This document shows positions 29,916 to 39,756 of a DNA stretch of 64,000 bases, piece by piece. Source of the DNA: Myxococcota bacterium (GTDB taxonomy: Bacteria; Myxococcota_A; SURF-8); the NCBI GenBank assembly GCA_965140415.1, contig OZ223209.1, forward strand, positions 1,472,001 to 1,536,000. The letters are read 5' to 3'. Position 1 is the stretch's first letter. Every line of letters begins with the position of its first letter. The notes under the pieces are model-generated. The model ran no database searches. It had not been told where the DNA came from and saw nothing but the letters and a program-made list of their open reading frames with translations. A program made the position numbers and the translations under genes.

Positions 29916-31484
29916 TCAACGCCGTTGCGAAAGCAACTCCTCGTAGGTCGATTTGGCCTGTTCGGCCAGATGGGGCTGACCCAGTTGGGCGTAACAGGTT
30001 CGCAGCAATCCATAAATGCGCGGATCGAAGGGATTGATGCCGAAGGCGTACTGCAACTGCGTTACGGCCCGTTCGTAGTCGCCCATCGCCGCGTAGGCAT
30101 GGCCCAGCCGGATGTGCGTCGGCAGCCAGTTCGGCGAAAGCGGCAGGATAGGTTTTAGTTCCCGTACCGCATCCTGGTAGCGCTCGTTGTCGATGTCGCT
30201 TTGGGCGAGGTAGTTCTGCAACAGAATGTTTTCGTTTCCCAGCACTCCCTGCGCTTTTTCAAATTCGATTCCGGCGGCTTTGGAATGCTGACGATCCTTT
30301 AAAAGCTTGCCAAGAGTCATCAGGTTTCTGCCCTTGGTTTTCTTGATCTGCCGGATTTCCTTTTCCTCATCGGTGGTGCTGTCGCCGAAAAGGATGGAAT
30401 AGTCGTTGACGATGCCGTCCCGCTCGCGCAGATTGCGGATCTGCATGGCATGACGCCACTTGCGCTGCAAGGTGTCCATGCCGAAACCGTAAACCTTCAT
30501 AAAGGCAGCGTTCAGGTTCTCGCCTTGCCCAAGCGTTTGCAGCAGTTGTTGCAAGCCCGCTCCGCCGCGCAGATTGTGCAACCACTGAATGATGGTCAGC
30601 ACTTCCGCGAAAGCGAGCGCGGTGTGTTCCTGACTGGGCAGGTAGGCCATCGAGGGGCTGATGTCCTCCAGCGTAACGAGCTTGTTTTCCTTCAGTGCGC
30701 GTGCAAGCAGAGCTTCGGCACTGGCTTCCAACTCACCGCCCGTTTTGCGCCGCCAGCGTTCCTCGTGAAACTTGGCCAGCCCTTCGTGCAGCCAGATGGG
30801 AACGTTATTCCCGCCGATGCGCGAAATCACCAGGTGTACATACTCGTGGTTGACCGTGTCGCGCCAGGGATAGCCCAAAGGCGACACGCGCGGGGAGGTG
30901 ATCATCAGCCGGTTGAATTTGCAGATGGCGATGACGCCGGAGGTCATCAGGTTTTCCAGCGTCAGTCCCGTCGCCCGCGCCAGCATACCCAGTTCGGGGT
31001 AAATCTCCAGAACGATACGATCCGGCGGCGCATAGCCGAGGTCTTTTTTCAAGGCCGCGTAGCTTTTCTCCAAAGTATCCAGGGCCGCATCGGCCAGCAG
31101 CGCGTCTTTATCCGGGCGGTAACGCACCTCGAAATGCGCGCTCTGTTTGCTGGCAAAGCCCTGGACATTGTCGTAAACGGCCTGCAACAGCGGTGCATAA
31201 TCCTGCCGTCGCTTGTCATCGGGACGATACCCGGCGGCGCCGTTAAGGTATTCCAGCGCCGTTTCATAGTCGCTCATTTCGAAGGCATAGCGGCCCATCA
31301 GGTACATCGCCTCGGGGGATTCGTCTCCCTCCTGCTGCAATTGGGCGACGACTTTCCCCGCTTCGTTGCGCTGCCAGTTGTCCAACAACAGGTGTGCCTG
31401 CTCGATGGTTTCGGGCGAGGCCCACAGCGAGTTCGACCACAAGAGCAGGATAAATAACGGCATAAATAACCAGGCACGTTTCAT
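29916..31484 (-). CDS. Secreted TPR plus peptidase MA-like (gluzincin) protein
   Basis: Signal peptide; HEYVH...PIWLHEGLA zinc motif; N- and C-terminal TPRs. Confidence 0.85.
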   Translation of the reverse strand: MKRAWLFMPLFILLLWSNSLWASPETIEQAHLLLDNWQRNEAGKVVAQLQQEGDESPEAMYLMGRYAFEMSDYETALEYLNGAAGYRPDDKRRQDYAPLLQAVYDNVQGFASKQSAHFEVRYRPDKDALLADAALDTLEKSYAALKKDLGYAPPDRIVLEIYPELGMLARATGLTLENLMTSGVIAICKFNRLMITSPRVSPLGYPWRDTVNHEYVHLVISRIGGNNVPIWLHEGLAKFHEERWRRKTGGELEASAEALLARALKENKLVTLEDISPSMAYLPSQEHTALAFAEVLTIIQWLHNLRGGAGLQQLLQTLGQGENLNAAFMKVYGFGMDTLQRKWRHAMQIRNLRERDGIVNDYSILFGDSTTDEEKEIRQIKKTKGRNLMTLGKLLKDRQHSKAAGIEFEKAQGVLGNENILLQNYLAQSDIDNERYQDAVRELKPILPLSPNWLPTHIRLGHAYAAMGDYERAVTQLQYAFGINPFDPRIYGLLRTCYAQLGQPHLAEQAKSTYEELLSQRR

Positions 31485-34400
31485 TTCACCAGCTCCTTAT
31501 AGTATTGCTTGTTCTGTTGGGTGTAGTCTTCGGGAGCCTTGCGTTTCATTGCTTCCAGTAAATCTTCGCGCAGTTCCTTGGGCGTGCGGTATTCCTCCGC
31601 CTGCGGAATGACGACTTTCTCCTGTTTCAGCTGCCGCCCACCGGGGCGTTGACCGTCGCGCATGTTGGGTTTCATGCCGCCGAACTTCATACCGCTCTGC
31701 ATCTGCTGCATGGCCTGCTGCATGCCGTCTTGCAACTGTTGCAACTGGTGAATCGCCTGCTGCTGCTGTCCCTGCGCCGGACCCGGCTGCAACTTTTGCA
31801 GATTCTCGCGCGAACGCTCCATACCCTGGTTGGCGTCGTGCATCTGCTGCATGGCGTTTTGCGGCATAAAGGGAACTTCGTCCATCAGTTCGGAGATATC
31901 GCGATTGAGCTTGTAGCCTTCGCGCAGCAACTCTTCCTGATTCTGGCGCATCTGCTGCATTTGCGCTTTCTGCTGGGAATCCATCAGCTTGTTAGGATCG
32001 GGCATGATGTTTTTAAGCTGTTCGAGCACTTCTTTCATATTTTTCTGCGCGGTCTTCGCGTGTTTGCGATTGTCGCGGTCTCGCTGCGGTTGACGTTGAC
32101 TGGGAAATGGCGATTGCAGGAAGGCTTGCAGCGTGTTCAGGTTCTGCATGGCCTGCTCGGCCACATCGAGTGAGCCGCGAACATCCTGATTTTCCATGCT
32201 TTTAAGCAGATCCTGCATGTTCTGAATGGCGCGATCTCGATAGGCTTGCAGGTTGTTTAGTCCGCTGGGAGTTACCTGTTCCGCCTCGGCCTTGGCGCTT
32301 TTCACTTTCTGAGCCAGTTTGTCCATCTGCTGTTCGAAGTTTTTCTTCATGGCTTCGGCCATCTGCTGCTTGTATTGTTCCTGCTGGGCCATGGTCTGAC
32401 GTTGCAGGTTTTCTTCCTTTTCCTTCAATTGCGCCAGATCCGTTGCCGCATTCATCATCTTTTTCATCGCTTCGGAATACAGCGATTCGCCTAGCTGCTC
32501 GCTGCCTTCCTTCAGGTTATCCAACAACTGGTTCAACTGCTGGGACATCTGCTCCAGTTGCTGCAAGGCGCGTTCCAGATCGCCGTTTGCCAGCATTTGC
32601 TCCAGCGAATCGAGATTCTGGTTCATGTTTTCCGTGTCCATCGACTCCATGTTGACGAACTCTTCCGGAATCTCCTTTCGTATTTGAGCCATTTTCTGGG
32701 CCAACTCTTCCATTTTCTTTCGGAATTCAGCCATCAACTGCTGGATGCGTTCCTTCAACTGTTCGTTTCCGGTGGCCTTGTATTCCTCCAGCAGGCGGCG
32801 CAACTCGTCACGCATCTGGGCCAGCTTTTCGCTGTCGTGCACCAGTGCGTCGTATTTCTGTTTTTGCAGCAGTTCGTACAACTCCATGATGTACTTTTCC
32901 AACCGCTGAATGCTGCCCTCGCGTAAGCCGTTCAAGCGATGGAAGCCGAAAAGCACATCTCCACTGCGTTGCATCATGTTTTCGATTTCGACCGCCATGT
33001 TGTTGTAGTCGTCCCGATGCGCCAGGAAATCCTCGAACATGTTGCCGAGCATATGCTGCACCGCTTCGGTGCTTAAGGGGTCGTCTTTCAACTCCTTTAA
33101 AATTGCCTGCAACGGATCGACAATGATTTCAGTAAGTTGCCGAATGGTATCGTCGAAGGCTTTCAACACTTCACTGGCCAGCTTGATTTTCTCCTGGCCG
33201 GGCGGGTTTTCCAGATAGCCCGCCAATAATCCCAGCATGCCTTCCCAAAGTTGTTCCTGGCGTTCGATGAGCTTTTGGTGATGTTCGTACATCGAGAAAA
33301 TCTTCAATACCTGGGTGGCGGATCGTCCTTTATTGGGACCGCTGACACTGTTGTTGTCGGTGGCTTCGATGTAATAACTAACACGGTCGCCCGGTTGAAA
33401 GCGCAGCGTGGCCAGATCCCACAGCCACTCGGATTGGTGGCGGCGTTTGGAAGGCTCGAAGCTTTCGATCGGGAACCGACGATCTTCGCGTCCCTTGCCC
33501 GTGTCGTAGTTCATGACCAATTCGATTTTACTCAGGCCGAAATCGTCTTCGGCTTCATAAGCGATCTCGATCTGATCGGTTTCGCGCACTTCCATTTCAC
33601 TGGGAGGATAGGCAATACGCACACCGGGGGAGCGATCCGGCAGAACGAGAATTTTTCTGGCGCGCGAATCGGCGACGTCGTCGAACTGGAAGTAATAGCT
33701 GTCCTTGGCCGCAACCGACAGTGTCCCCTCGAAGCGCTGTTGACCCAAGGAGTCCAGGGAAATCTCGCCGCCTTCATCCATCACCAAAGAAGCTTGTTCC
33801 GCGTTTGTGGCAGCGCGCACGTTGACTTTGACCTGGGTGCCCGGATAGGCTTCGATATCGCCGGAACAGTTTTTCACTTCCAGCCGGTCCAGGCCGGTAT
33901 AGGCCGGATAGGTGTACGTCAGGTTGACATCTCCGGCTAAAAAGCTGGCTTCGCCGGAAAGAAAAGACGCCGCTCCGTAGCGCCCAAGTATGGAAGAGAA
34001 GGCCCCGCGCGTACTGTTGGGAGCAAGCCAGATCAATAGGGCGATCAGCATGGCTGTCAGCAGGGTTCGCCCCATGGGGCGCCATAACCCACCATAGGGC
34101 ACCAACTTGCCCGGTGAGACAGTATCGAGCAGCGGGAAGACGCTTTCAACACTGGCCTTTGCCAGCGTGGGCGAGTAGGGCTGTTGTCGTCCTTCGCTTT
34201 CGGTAAATTGCACCGCGCTTAACAGCCGGTCGCTAAGCGTAATATTTCTTGCTTCGACGTAGGCGGCGATGCCGTCGGATGGGCGATATGTCCGGTAAGG
34301 CAACCACAGGAATTTACGGATCAAATACACGCTGCAAGCAGTCAGCAGGACCGCAAAAATGATCTGAAGGCTTAGCCCCACCGCACCCAGGGCGAAAAAA

Positions 34401-34531
34401 CCGATGGCCAGCAGGAAAAGCCCGAACGTGCTTTCAAGCAGCCGCAGCCCCGCTTCCAGCCAGAAGCGCAGCATCAGTCGACGTCGCACGGAATCGATGA
34501 AAGCCGATAACTGACGATACGAATCGCTCAT
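31481..34531 (-). CDS. DUF4175 family membrane/coiled-coil protein
   Basis: N-terminal TMs, YPAYTG, AEDDFGL, PGDRVSYYIEATDNN..SGPN.G.S, Gln/Met-rich coiled coil, C-terminal YYKELVK. Confidence 0.8.
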   Translation of the reverse strand: MSDSYRQLSAFIDSVRRRLMLRFWLEAGLRLLESTFGLFLLAIGFFALGAVGLSLQIIFAVLLTACSVYLIRKFLWLPYRTYRPSDGIAAYVEARNITLSDRLLSAVQFTESEGRQQPYSPTLAKASVESVFPLLDTVSPGKLVPYGGLWRPMGRTLLTAMLIALLIWLAPNSTRGAFSSILGRYGAASFLSGEASFLAGDVNLTYTYPAYTGLDRLEVKNCSGDIEAYPGTQVKVNVRAATNAEQASLVMDEGGEISLDSLGQQRFEGTLSVAAKDSYYFQFDDVADSRARKILVLPDRSPGVRIAYPPSEMEVRETDQIEIAYEAEDDFGLSKIELVMNYDTGKGREDRRFPIESFEPSKRRHQSEWLWDLATLRFQPGDRVSYYIEATDNNSVSGPNKGRSATQVLKIFSMYEHHQKLIERQEQLWEGMLGLLAGYLENPPGQEKIKLASEVLKAFDDTIRQLTEIIVDPLQAILKELKDDPLSTEAVQHMLGNMFEDFLAHRDDYNNMAVEIENMMQRSGDVLFGFHRLNGLREGSIQRLEKYIMELYELLQKQKYDALVHDSEKLAQMRDELRRLLEEYKATGNEQLKERIQQLMAEFRKKMEELAQKMAQIRKEIPEEFVNMESMDTENMNQNLDSLEQMLANGDLERALQQLEQMSQQLNQLLDNLKEGSEQLGESLYSEAMKKMMNAATDLAQLKEKEENLQRQTMAQQEQYKQQMAEAMKKNFEQQMDKLAQKVKSAKAEAEQVTPSGLNNLQAYRDRAIQNMQDLLKSMENQDVRGSLDVAEQAMQNLNTLQAFLQSPFPSQRQPQRDRDNRKHAKTAQKNMKEVLEQLKNIMPDPNKLMDSQQKAQMQQMRQNQEELLREGYKLNRDISELMDEVPFMPQNAMQQMHDANQGMERSRENLQKLQPGPAQGQQQQAIHQLQQLQDGMQQAMQQMQSGMKFGGMKPNMRDGQRPGGRQLKQEKVVIPQAEEYRTPKELREDLLEAMKRKAPEDYTQQNKQYYKELVK

Positions 34532-35532
34532 GAATACGGATCCTTGAACAGCAATCGGTTTTTCATCGACACGATACGGTCGTGAGATTCCTTTAGACGT
34601 TCCGGTGGCACGTCGCCGTTGCGAACCAGCCGTTGCAGCCAGATCAGCACTTCTTCCGCCAGTTCGTAGCTGTGGCAGATAGGGAACAGGTCGATGCCGG
34701 CGTTTAGCATCCCTCGAACGATTTCCTCCGTCGAGTAGCGCCCGTGAATGGCTTTCATCTCCAGATCGTCCGCCATCAATACGCCCTGAAAGCCAAGTTC
34801 CCCGCGCAACAGGTCGGTGCAGATCGGGCGTGATAGGCTGGCGGGCGTTTCCGGGTCCAAGGCATCATAAACAACATGCGCCACCATTAACAGGTGCATG
34901 CCCGCTTCGATTGCGGCTCGGAAGGGCGCAAGTTCCACCTGGTCGAGCCGTTCTCTGTCGTGACTGACGCTGGGCAACGTGAGGTGACTGTCCTGAAAGG
35001 TGTCTCCATGTCCCGGAAAGTGTTTGCCGCAACCCAATAGTCCGGCTTTGCGCAGCCCTTTCCAATAGGCGTTGGCATAGCGCCAGACGGTTTCCGGGTC
35101 GGAGCCGAAGGCGCGGTCGCCGATGATGGGGTTTTTCGGGTTGGTATCCACATCCAATACCGGAGCCAAATTGACGTTCACTCCGATTTCCCGCAGCCGC
35201 ATCGCCATGTAATAGACGTCCTTTTCAACGTCTTCCGGTTTGTAGCTGGCCAGTTCGCGCGCACTGGGCAAGCGAAAGAGGCGCTCTTGCAGGCGCATTA
35301 CTCGGCCACCTTCCTGATCGATCATGACCAGTAGCGGCGTTTCGGCGCGGCGCTGCATCGCTTCGACCAATTGGCGCGTGGTTTCCGAGTCCTTGCAGCT
35401 TCGTTTGAACAGCAATACACCACCGACTCGATCTTCGGAAATCAGGCGCAGCAGCGTTGCATCGGTGCGATCTTCATTCGGACTACAGGCGACCATCTGC
35501 CCGGCCCAGCGTGCCAGCTCAGCCTGGTTCAT
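34528..35532 (-). CDS. nagZ: Beta-N-acetylhexosaminidase (GH3)
   Basis: IDQEGGRV, APVLD, KHFPGHG...DSH, DDLEM. Confidence 0.93.
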   Translation of the reverse strand: MNQAELARWAGQMVACSPNEDRTDATLLRLISEDRVGGVLLFKRSCKDSETTRQLVEAMQRRAETPLLVMIDQEGGRVMRLQERLFRLPSARELASYKPEDVEKDVYYMAMRLREIGVNVNLAPVLDVDTNPKNPIIGDRAFGSDPETVWRYANAYWKGLRKAGLLGCGKHFPGHGDTFQDSHLTLPSVSHDRERLDQVELAPFRAAIEAGMHLLMVAHVVYDALDPETPASLSRPICTDLLRGELGFQGVLMADDLEMKAIHGRYSTEEIVRGMLNAGIDLFPICHSYELAEEVLIWLQRLVRNGDVPPERLKESHDRIVSMKNRLLFKDPYS

Positions 35533-38002
35533 GCGTTTCCTCCTCTACATAATGCAACACGCGGCGGCTGTGTTCTATTCCTTCCGGCCAGTTGATTTCC
35601 TGGCAGAAACGGATCGAATCCAGCAGCATCAGGCGCGAATGTTCCTGGTCTTTTTTCAATGCGTACAGGCGACCGCCCTGCATCGAAAGGGTGGCCATCG
35701 ATTGTCGGTCGCCTACGGTGCGGGCGACATTGAGTCCCAGGTTGATAAAGCCGATGGCGCGGTCGTATTCCTGCCGCTGGCCGTATAAAGCGCCCAGCCG
35801 TTCCATGGATCGGATCATGCATTTGACGTTGCGGCTTTTCATACTGCTTTCCATCGCTTCGATCAACAGCGGCAGCGATTGACTCAACTCGTTGCGATCC
35901 AGTTTCAGCTGACCCAGCGAAAGGCGGATTTCGGCGGACCAGTGGCGCGTCGGCTCCACTTCCGGTTCGACGTGATCGGTCATTTCCAATGCTTCAACCA
36001 GCAAATCCTCCGCTTTTTCAAAAACTTGCTGTAGTCGCAGCAATTCTCCGTGTTTACCCAATGCACGGCTGATGGTGTAGGGGTCGCCATGCAAACGGGC
36101 TTTGTCGATGGCTTCCTGTAGGCAGTTGGTGGCTTCGATCTTCTGACCACGATTCATCAACAGGTCACTTAGTTCCAATAGCGTGTCGATGGTCAGGTAG
36201 GTCATTTGCAGATCGTTGGCCATTTCCAGAATCAAGCGATAGGTTTTCTGGGCGCGCTTGGCGTCTCGCATGGCTCGATAACAGCGGCCAAGCTTGAACA
36301 GTACATGCAGCATCTTTTTACGCTGAATGTCCGTGCTGTTTTCGGGATTGGCAGTCAGGTAACGGGCGATCTGGCTTTCCCGCTGGAAGCAGAGTGCAGC
36401 CATGCGGAAGTGCAACTGGCGCATCAAAGTGTTGCCGACCATATCCAGCGTCTGCATCAGATGAGCCGCTTTTTCGTTCTGGAAAACGATGTGATGCACG
36501 ATCAACCAGTTTTTCATCGGTTGATTCAAGGTCTGGGATTTTTGCAGGTATTCCGCAATCTTGGGGTGAAAGACCTGCAAACCGGCGGCGGATGTCTGCC
36601 GATAAACCCATTCCTGTAGGTAATTATGACTGAAATTGATGAACTGCTGCTCACCCAGAATCCGTGTACGGATGAAGTGGGCCTTGATCAACTCATCCAG
36701 ATCTTCCATCAGATAATTGGCGTAGCTGTACAGGTTTTTCAGTGCGGTAACGCAGGATTCGCTGGCCAGACAGGCGATCAGCCGCAGCAGATCCTGAATG
36801 TGCGGCTTAATCAGCTTGAAGCGCTCGGCCATCAACTCGGAAAGTTCGCTCGGGATCGCCATGCCACGCAGTTTTTCACTGACCCGCCAGCTTCCATGAA
36901 GCAGGATAAGGTAGTCCTTGTCGCGCAGATAATCCAGCAATACGAATAATACCAAGGGGTTTCCGTTGCTTTGCGTTTGCAGGTTTTCTTCCAGTTCAAT
37001 CGGTAGCCGTTCGGTTTCGAAATGCTGGCGCGCCAACTGTAACAGGTGTTTCATGTTCAGCGGAGGCAGTGGCAGCATATGCACGTGCGGATTGGGCGAA
37101 AGCACGGAATTCGCTTCGCGGCTGGTAGTGATGATCAGCACGCGCTCGTTTTGAATGATTTCTTCCAGCGTTTTCAAGTAACCGAACGACAGACTGTCTG
37201 TCAGGTGCAGATGATCCAGGATCAACGCCAGCGGTGCTTTCTTGGCCAGACGGCGAATCAAGTGCGTGATTGCGGTGCTTAGTCCCATCAAGCGCACGCG
37301 GTCGTCCAGGCGCTGATCGGTGGTCTGGGGAATATCGATTGGGAAAAGGTGCGACAGATAGTGGGTATCCACCGCGCTCAATCCAAGCGAGCGCAGGTTG
37401 GAAATCATGGCGGCTACCATGTGTCGCGGTGTTGTTGGAGTAATTCCGGTTATTTGCACTACCAGTTGATGAAACAGGTGGTAGGACAGATTATTGAACT
37501 CCGGCATGCCATGCAAGCGGAACACTTGAAAACCGTTGTCATTTAGAAAGGGTGGTAATTGTTGGGTGAACGCGGTTTTACCGATGCCGATCGGACCTTC
37601 GACCACGATCATCTGGCCCTGGTGGTTTAGAACCTTCTCCACAATCGGTGGAACGAGCTGCAATTGTTCTTCGCGTCCAAGAAAGAGTTTCTGCGTTCGA
37701 ATTGCAGTTTCCGTTAGCGAAAACACCTGTGGTTTCCAGCCGCTTTCCGGCATGGGCAGGCCGCAGCTACCGCAGAATTTCGCAGTTTCGATTAAAGTTT
37801 CCCCACAACTTGGACAAGTAACGGTCGTATGTGACACGTGCTGATTTCCTGTCGTTTCTACTCTCCACCCCGCCGGTTCGACTGAAACCCGATGGATGAA
37901 TCCATCCAGGGATGGGGACGAGTTGTCATTCGTATACGAGTCGAGAATCTCGACGCATTTCCATAACCTATCATTATATTCCCACTCACCGTGCGAACGC
38001 AA
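35519..38002 (-). CDS. Zinc-ribbon + AAA/STAND-like ATPase + TPR protein
   Basis: CPSCG...FCGSCG; FLGREEQL; Walker A GPIGIGKT; LILDHLH; GNPL; C-terminal TPRs; true start probably further downstream (about 37840-37870). Confidence 0.8.
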   Translation of the reverse strand: MRSHGEWEYNDRLWKCVEILDSYTNDNSSPSLDGFIHRVSVEPAGWRVETTGNQHVSHTTVTCPSCGETLIETAKFCGSCGLPMPESGWKPQVFSLTETAIRTQKLFLGREEQLQLVPPIVEKVLNHQGQMIVVEGPIGIGKTAFTQQLPPFLNDNGFQVFRLHGMPEFNNLSYHLFHQLVVQITGITPTTPRHMVAAMISNLRSLGLSAVDTHYLSHLFPIDIPQTTDQRLDDRVRLMGLSTAITHLIRRLAKKAPLALILDHLHLTDSLSFGYLKTLEEIIQNERVLIITTSREANSVLSPNPHVHMLPLPPLNMKHLLQLARQHFETERLPIELEENLQTQSNGNPLVLFVLLDYLRDKDYLILLHGSWRVSEKLRGMAIPSELSELMAERFKLIKPHIQDLLRLIACLASESCVTALKNLYSYANYLMEDLDELIKAHFIRTRILGEQQFINFSHNYLQEWVYRQTSAAGLQVFHPKIAEYLQKSQTLNQPMKNWLIVHHIVFQNEKAAHLMQTLDMVGNTLMRQLHFRMAALCFQRESQIARYLTANPENSTDIQRKKMLHVLFKLGRCYRAMRDAKRAQKTYRLILEMANDLQMTYLTIDTLLELSDLLMNRGQKIEATNCLQEAIDKARLHGDPYTISRALGKHGELLRLQQVFEKAEDLLVEALEMTDHVEPEVEPTRHWSAEIRLSLGQLKLDRNELSQSLPLLIEAMESSMKSRNVKCMIRSMERLGALYGQRQEYDRAIGFINLGLNVARTVGDRQSMATLSMQGGRLYALKKDQEHSRLMLLDSIRFCQEINWPEGIEHSRRVLHYVEEETHEPG

Positions 38003-38024
38003 GCCTTGTAGCCGCTAGAAAAGC

Positions 38025-38059
38025 AAAAAAACAGGCCATGAGCGTTTGCCCATGGCCTG
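38025..38059 (-). terminator. Rho-independent terminator
   Basis: caggccatg/catggcctg stem with an A-tract on +. Confidence 0.7.
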
Positions 38060-38084
38060 AAGGGAGGTTTGTGTTGGGATCTGC

Positions 38085-39548
38085 TTAGATGCAGAAGCCG
38101 ATGACGCCGTAGACGATGGCACTGCAACTGTAACCCGCACAGCAGGAGCGCAGACCCCAGCCGCAGATCAGCGGATTCTGGCATTCGCAGGTGTAGCAGT
38201 TCGGCGCGCTGGCGGCGTCGCAACACTCGTCATCGCCGCATTTCGGGCAATTCAGAGCGCAGGCGTTATACAATGGATCGCATACATGACCCGCCGGGCA
38301 GGAACCGCCGCAGTCGCCCAGGCCATCGCCGATGCCGCAGCGGCCATCGTTCTGGCATTCCATGTTGCCGGGGCAGGGGTTGGATTCGCCGCACATTTCC
38401 AGGCAGCAGCCTTCGCGCTGGCCGATGGGAATTTCGCAGTATTCGCCGAAGTGGCAGGCGGCGTTACTGGAGCAGGCATAACACTCTTCGTATACGCACT
38501 TGCCGTAGTTCAATGAACTGAGATTCTGATCGCAGTAATGATGCGTCGGGCAGGATTGGCCCATCACATCGCAACGAGTATAACACAAGCCGTCATCCAT
38601 GCCGGGGCGCTTGTCGCAGAATTGGTTGTGTTCGCAGTTAGCGTCGGAAACGCAGTAACCGGCCACGCGTTCACATTCGCCGCCAACGCAGCTATACCCG
38701 CGCGGACAGTTTCCGCCTGCCAGATCGCAATAAATCCGGCACTCGCCGTTGCCTTCCGAGTCTTCTTCGGTAAAGCAGTATTCATTGTTTCCCGCGCAGC
38801 CGTCGTCCGACGTGCAGGGCACGCCTACCGGTTCGTCTTCATCGCCGTCCGCTGCATCGCCATCGGCAGCCGTGTCGCCATCCACCGGAACGTCGATGTC
38901 CTGGCACATACCGTCGATGCACAACTGGTCGTCGTCGCAGGTGCGATAGTATTCATAGTCGGAGCCGTCGGACTTGCAGCGCTGGATGTCGTCGTCGTAG
39001 CAGCGGTAGGTATCCGGACAGCAGAAGGTACTGCCGTCGCACCAGTCGCCGCCGTCGGAGTTGACGCAATCTCCGTTGATGCAACGTGTTTCGCCCGAGC
39101 AGCGCTTGTAAGCAACCCATTTTTTTTCGTTGTTGCAGCGAACGATGTTTTGCAGATCCTGGCAGTCGTAGGTGTCCGGCGTGCATTCGGTCGAGGTTGT
39201 GTCGCCGTCGACAGCCGTGTCCTCGTCGCCGTCGCCACTCGTGCCGTCGCAAGCTGCCGCCGGGGTACAATAGTAACCCGAACCGATGCGCTGGCAGCAG
39301 CCGCCGAAAAAGGCGTTGACGTCCTGGCATTCGCCGTCGTTCGTGCAGAGTTTCGAGCAGATGGCGGTGCCGCCGATCGGGATGCATTCGGCGCCATCGC
39401 CGCAAGCGGAGCCGGGAGAGCAGGGTTGGCCAAGTGTCGGAGTGCCGGTGGAGTCGCCGTCGAGATCGTCTACAACTTCATCGCTGTTGCAACCTGCCAG
39501 CAACAACACACCCATCAGCGCCATAATCATCCACTTCCAGACAGACAT
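38085..39548 (-). CDS. Cysteine-rich repeat lipoprotein with DGD linkers
   Basis: Lipobox LAGC; many CxxxxxC...C modules; DGD-rich spacers; AGGAGG RBS. Confidence 0.8.
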   Translation of the reverse strand: MSVWKWMIMALMGVLLLAGCNSDEVVDDLDGDSTGTPTLGQPCSPGSACGDGAECIPIGGTAICSKLCTNDGECQDVNAFFGGCCQRIGSGYYCTPAAACDGTSGDGDEDTAVDGDTTSTECTPDTYDCQDLQNIVRCNNEKKWVAYKRCSGETRCINGDCVNSDGGDWCDGSTFCCPDTYRCYDDDIQRCKSDGSDYEYYRTCDDDQLCIDGMCQDIDVPVDGDTAADGDAADGDEDEPVGVPCTSDDGCAGNNEYCFTEEDSEGNGECRIYCDLAGGNCPRGYSCVGGECERVAGYCVSDANCEHNQFCDKRPGMDDGLCYTRCDVMGQSCPTHHYCDQNLSSLNYGKCVYEECYACSSNAACHFGEYCEIPIGQREGCCLEMCGESNPCPGNMECQNDGRCGIGDGLGDCGGSCPAGHVCDPLYNACALNCPKCGDDECCDAASAPNCYTCECQNPLICGWGLRSCCAGYSCSAIVYGVIGFCI

Positions 39549-39756
39549 TACCACCAACCTCCTTTTTGGGCCTCATTTCGTGGCGAGTGTGGGACTTTAC
39601 GATTTTTCCTATTGAATTCCCACAACAGACTCATTATAATGAAGTTGGACTCGCCTTGTCAACTTCAAACGTGAGAAGGCGAAATGCGTCGTTGGCGCAT
39701 CCTCGCCCTTGGTCTCAAGGACGCGGGGATTGTTGTATTTACAGGGGGGAGGAATC

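Noticed and set aside
38538..39674. 378-aa plus-strand ORF and other long alternative frames over the Cys-rich gene
   Set aside because: Shadow frames of a GC-rich, low-complexity coding sequence.
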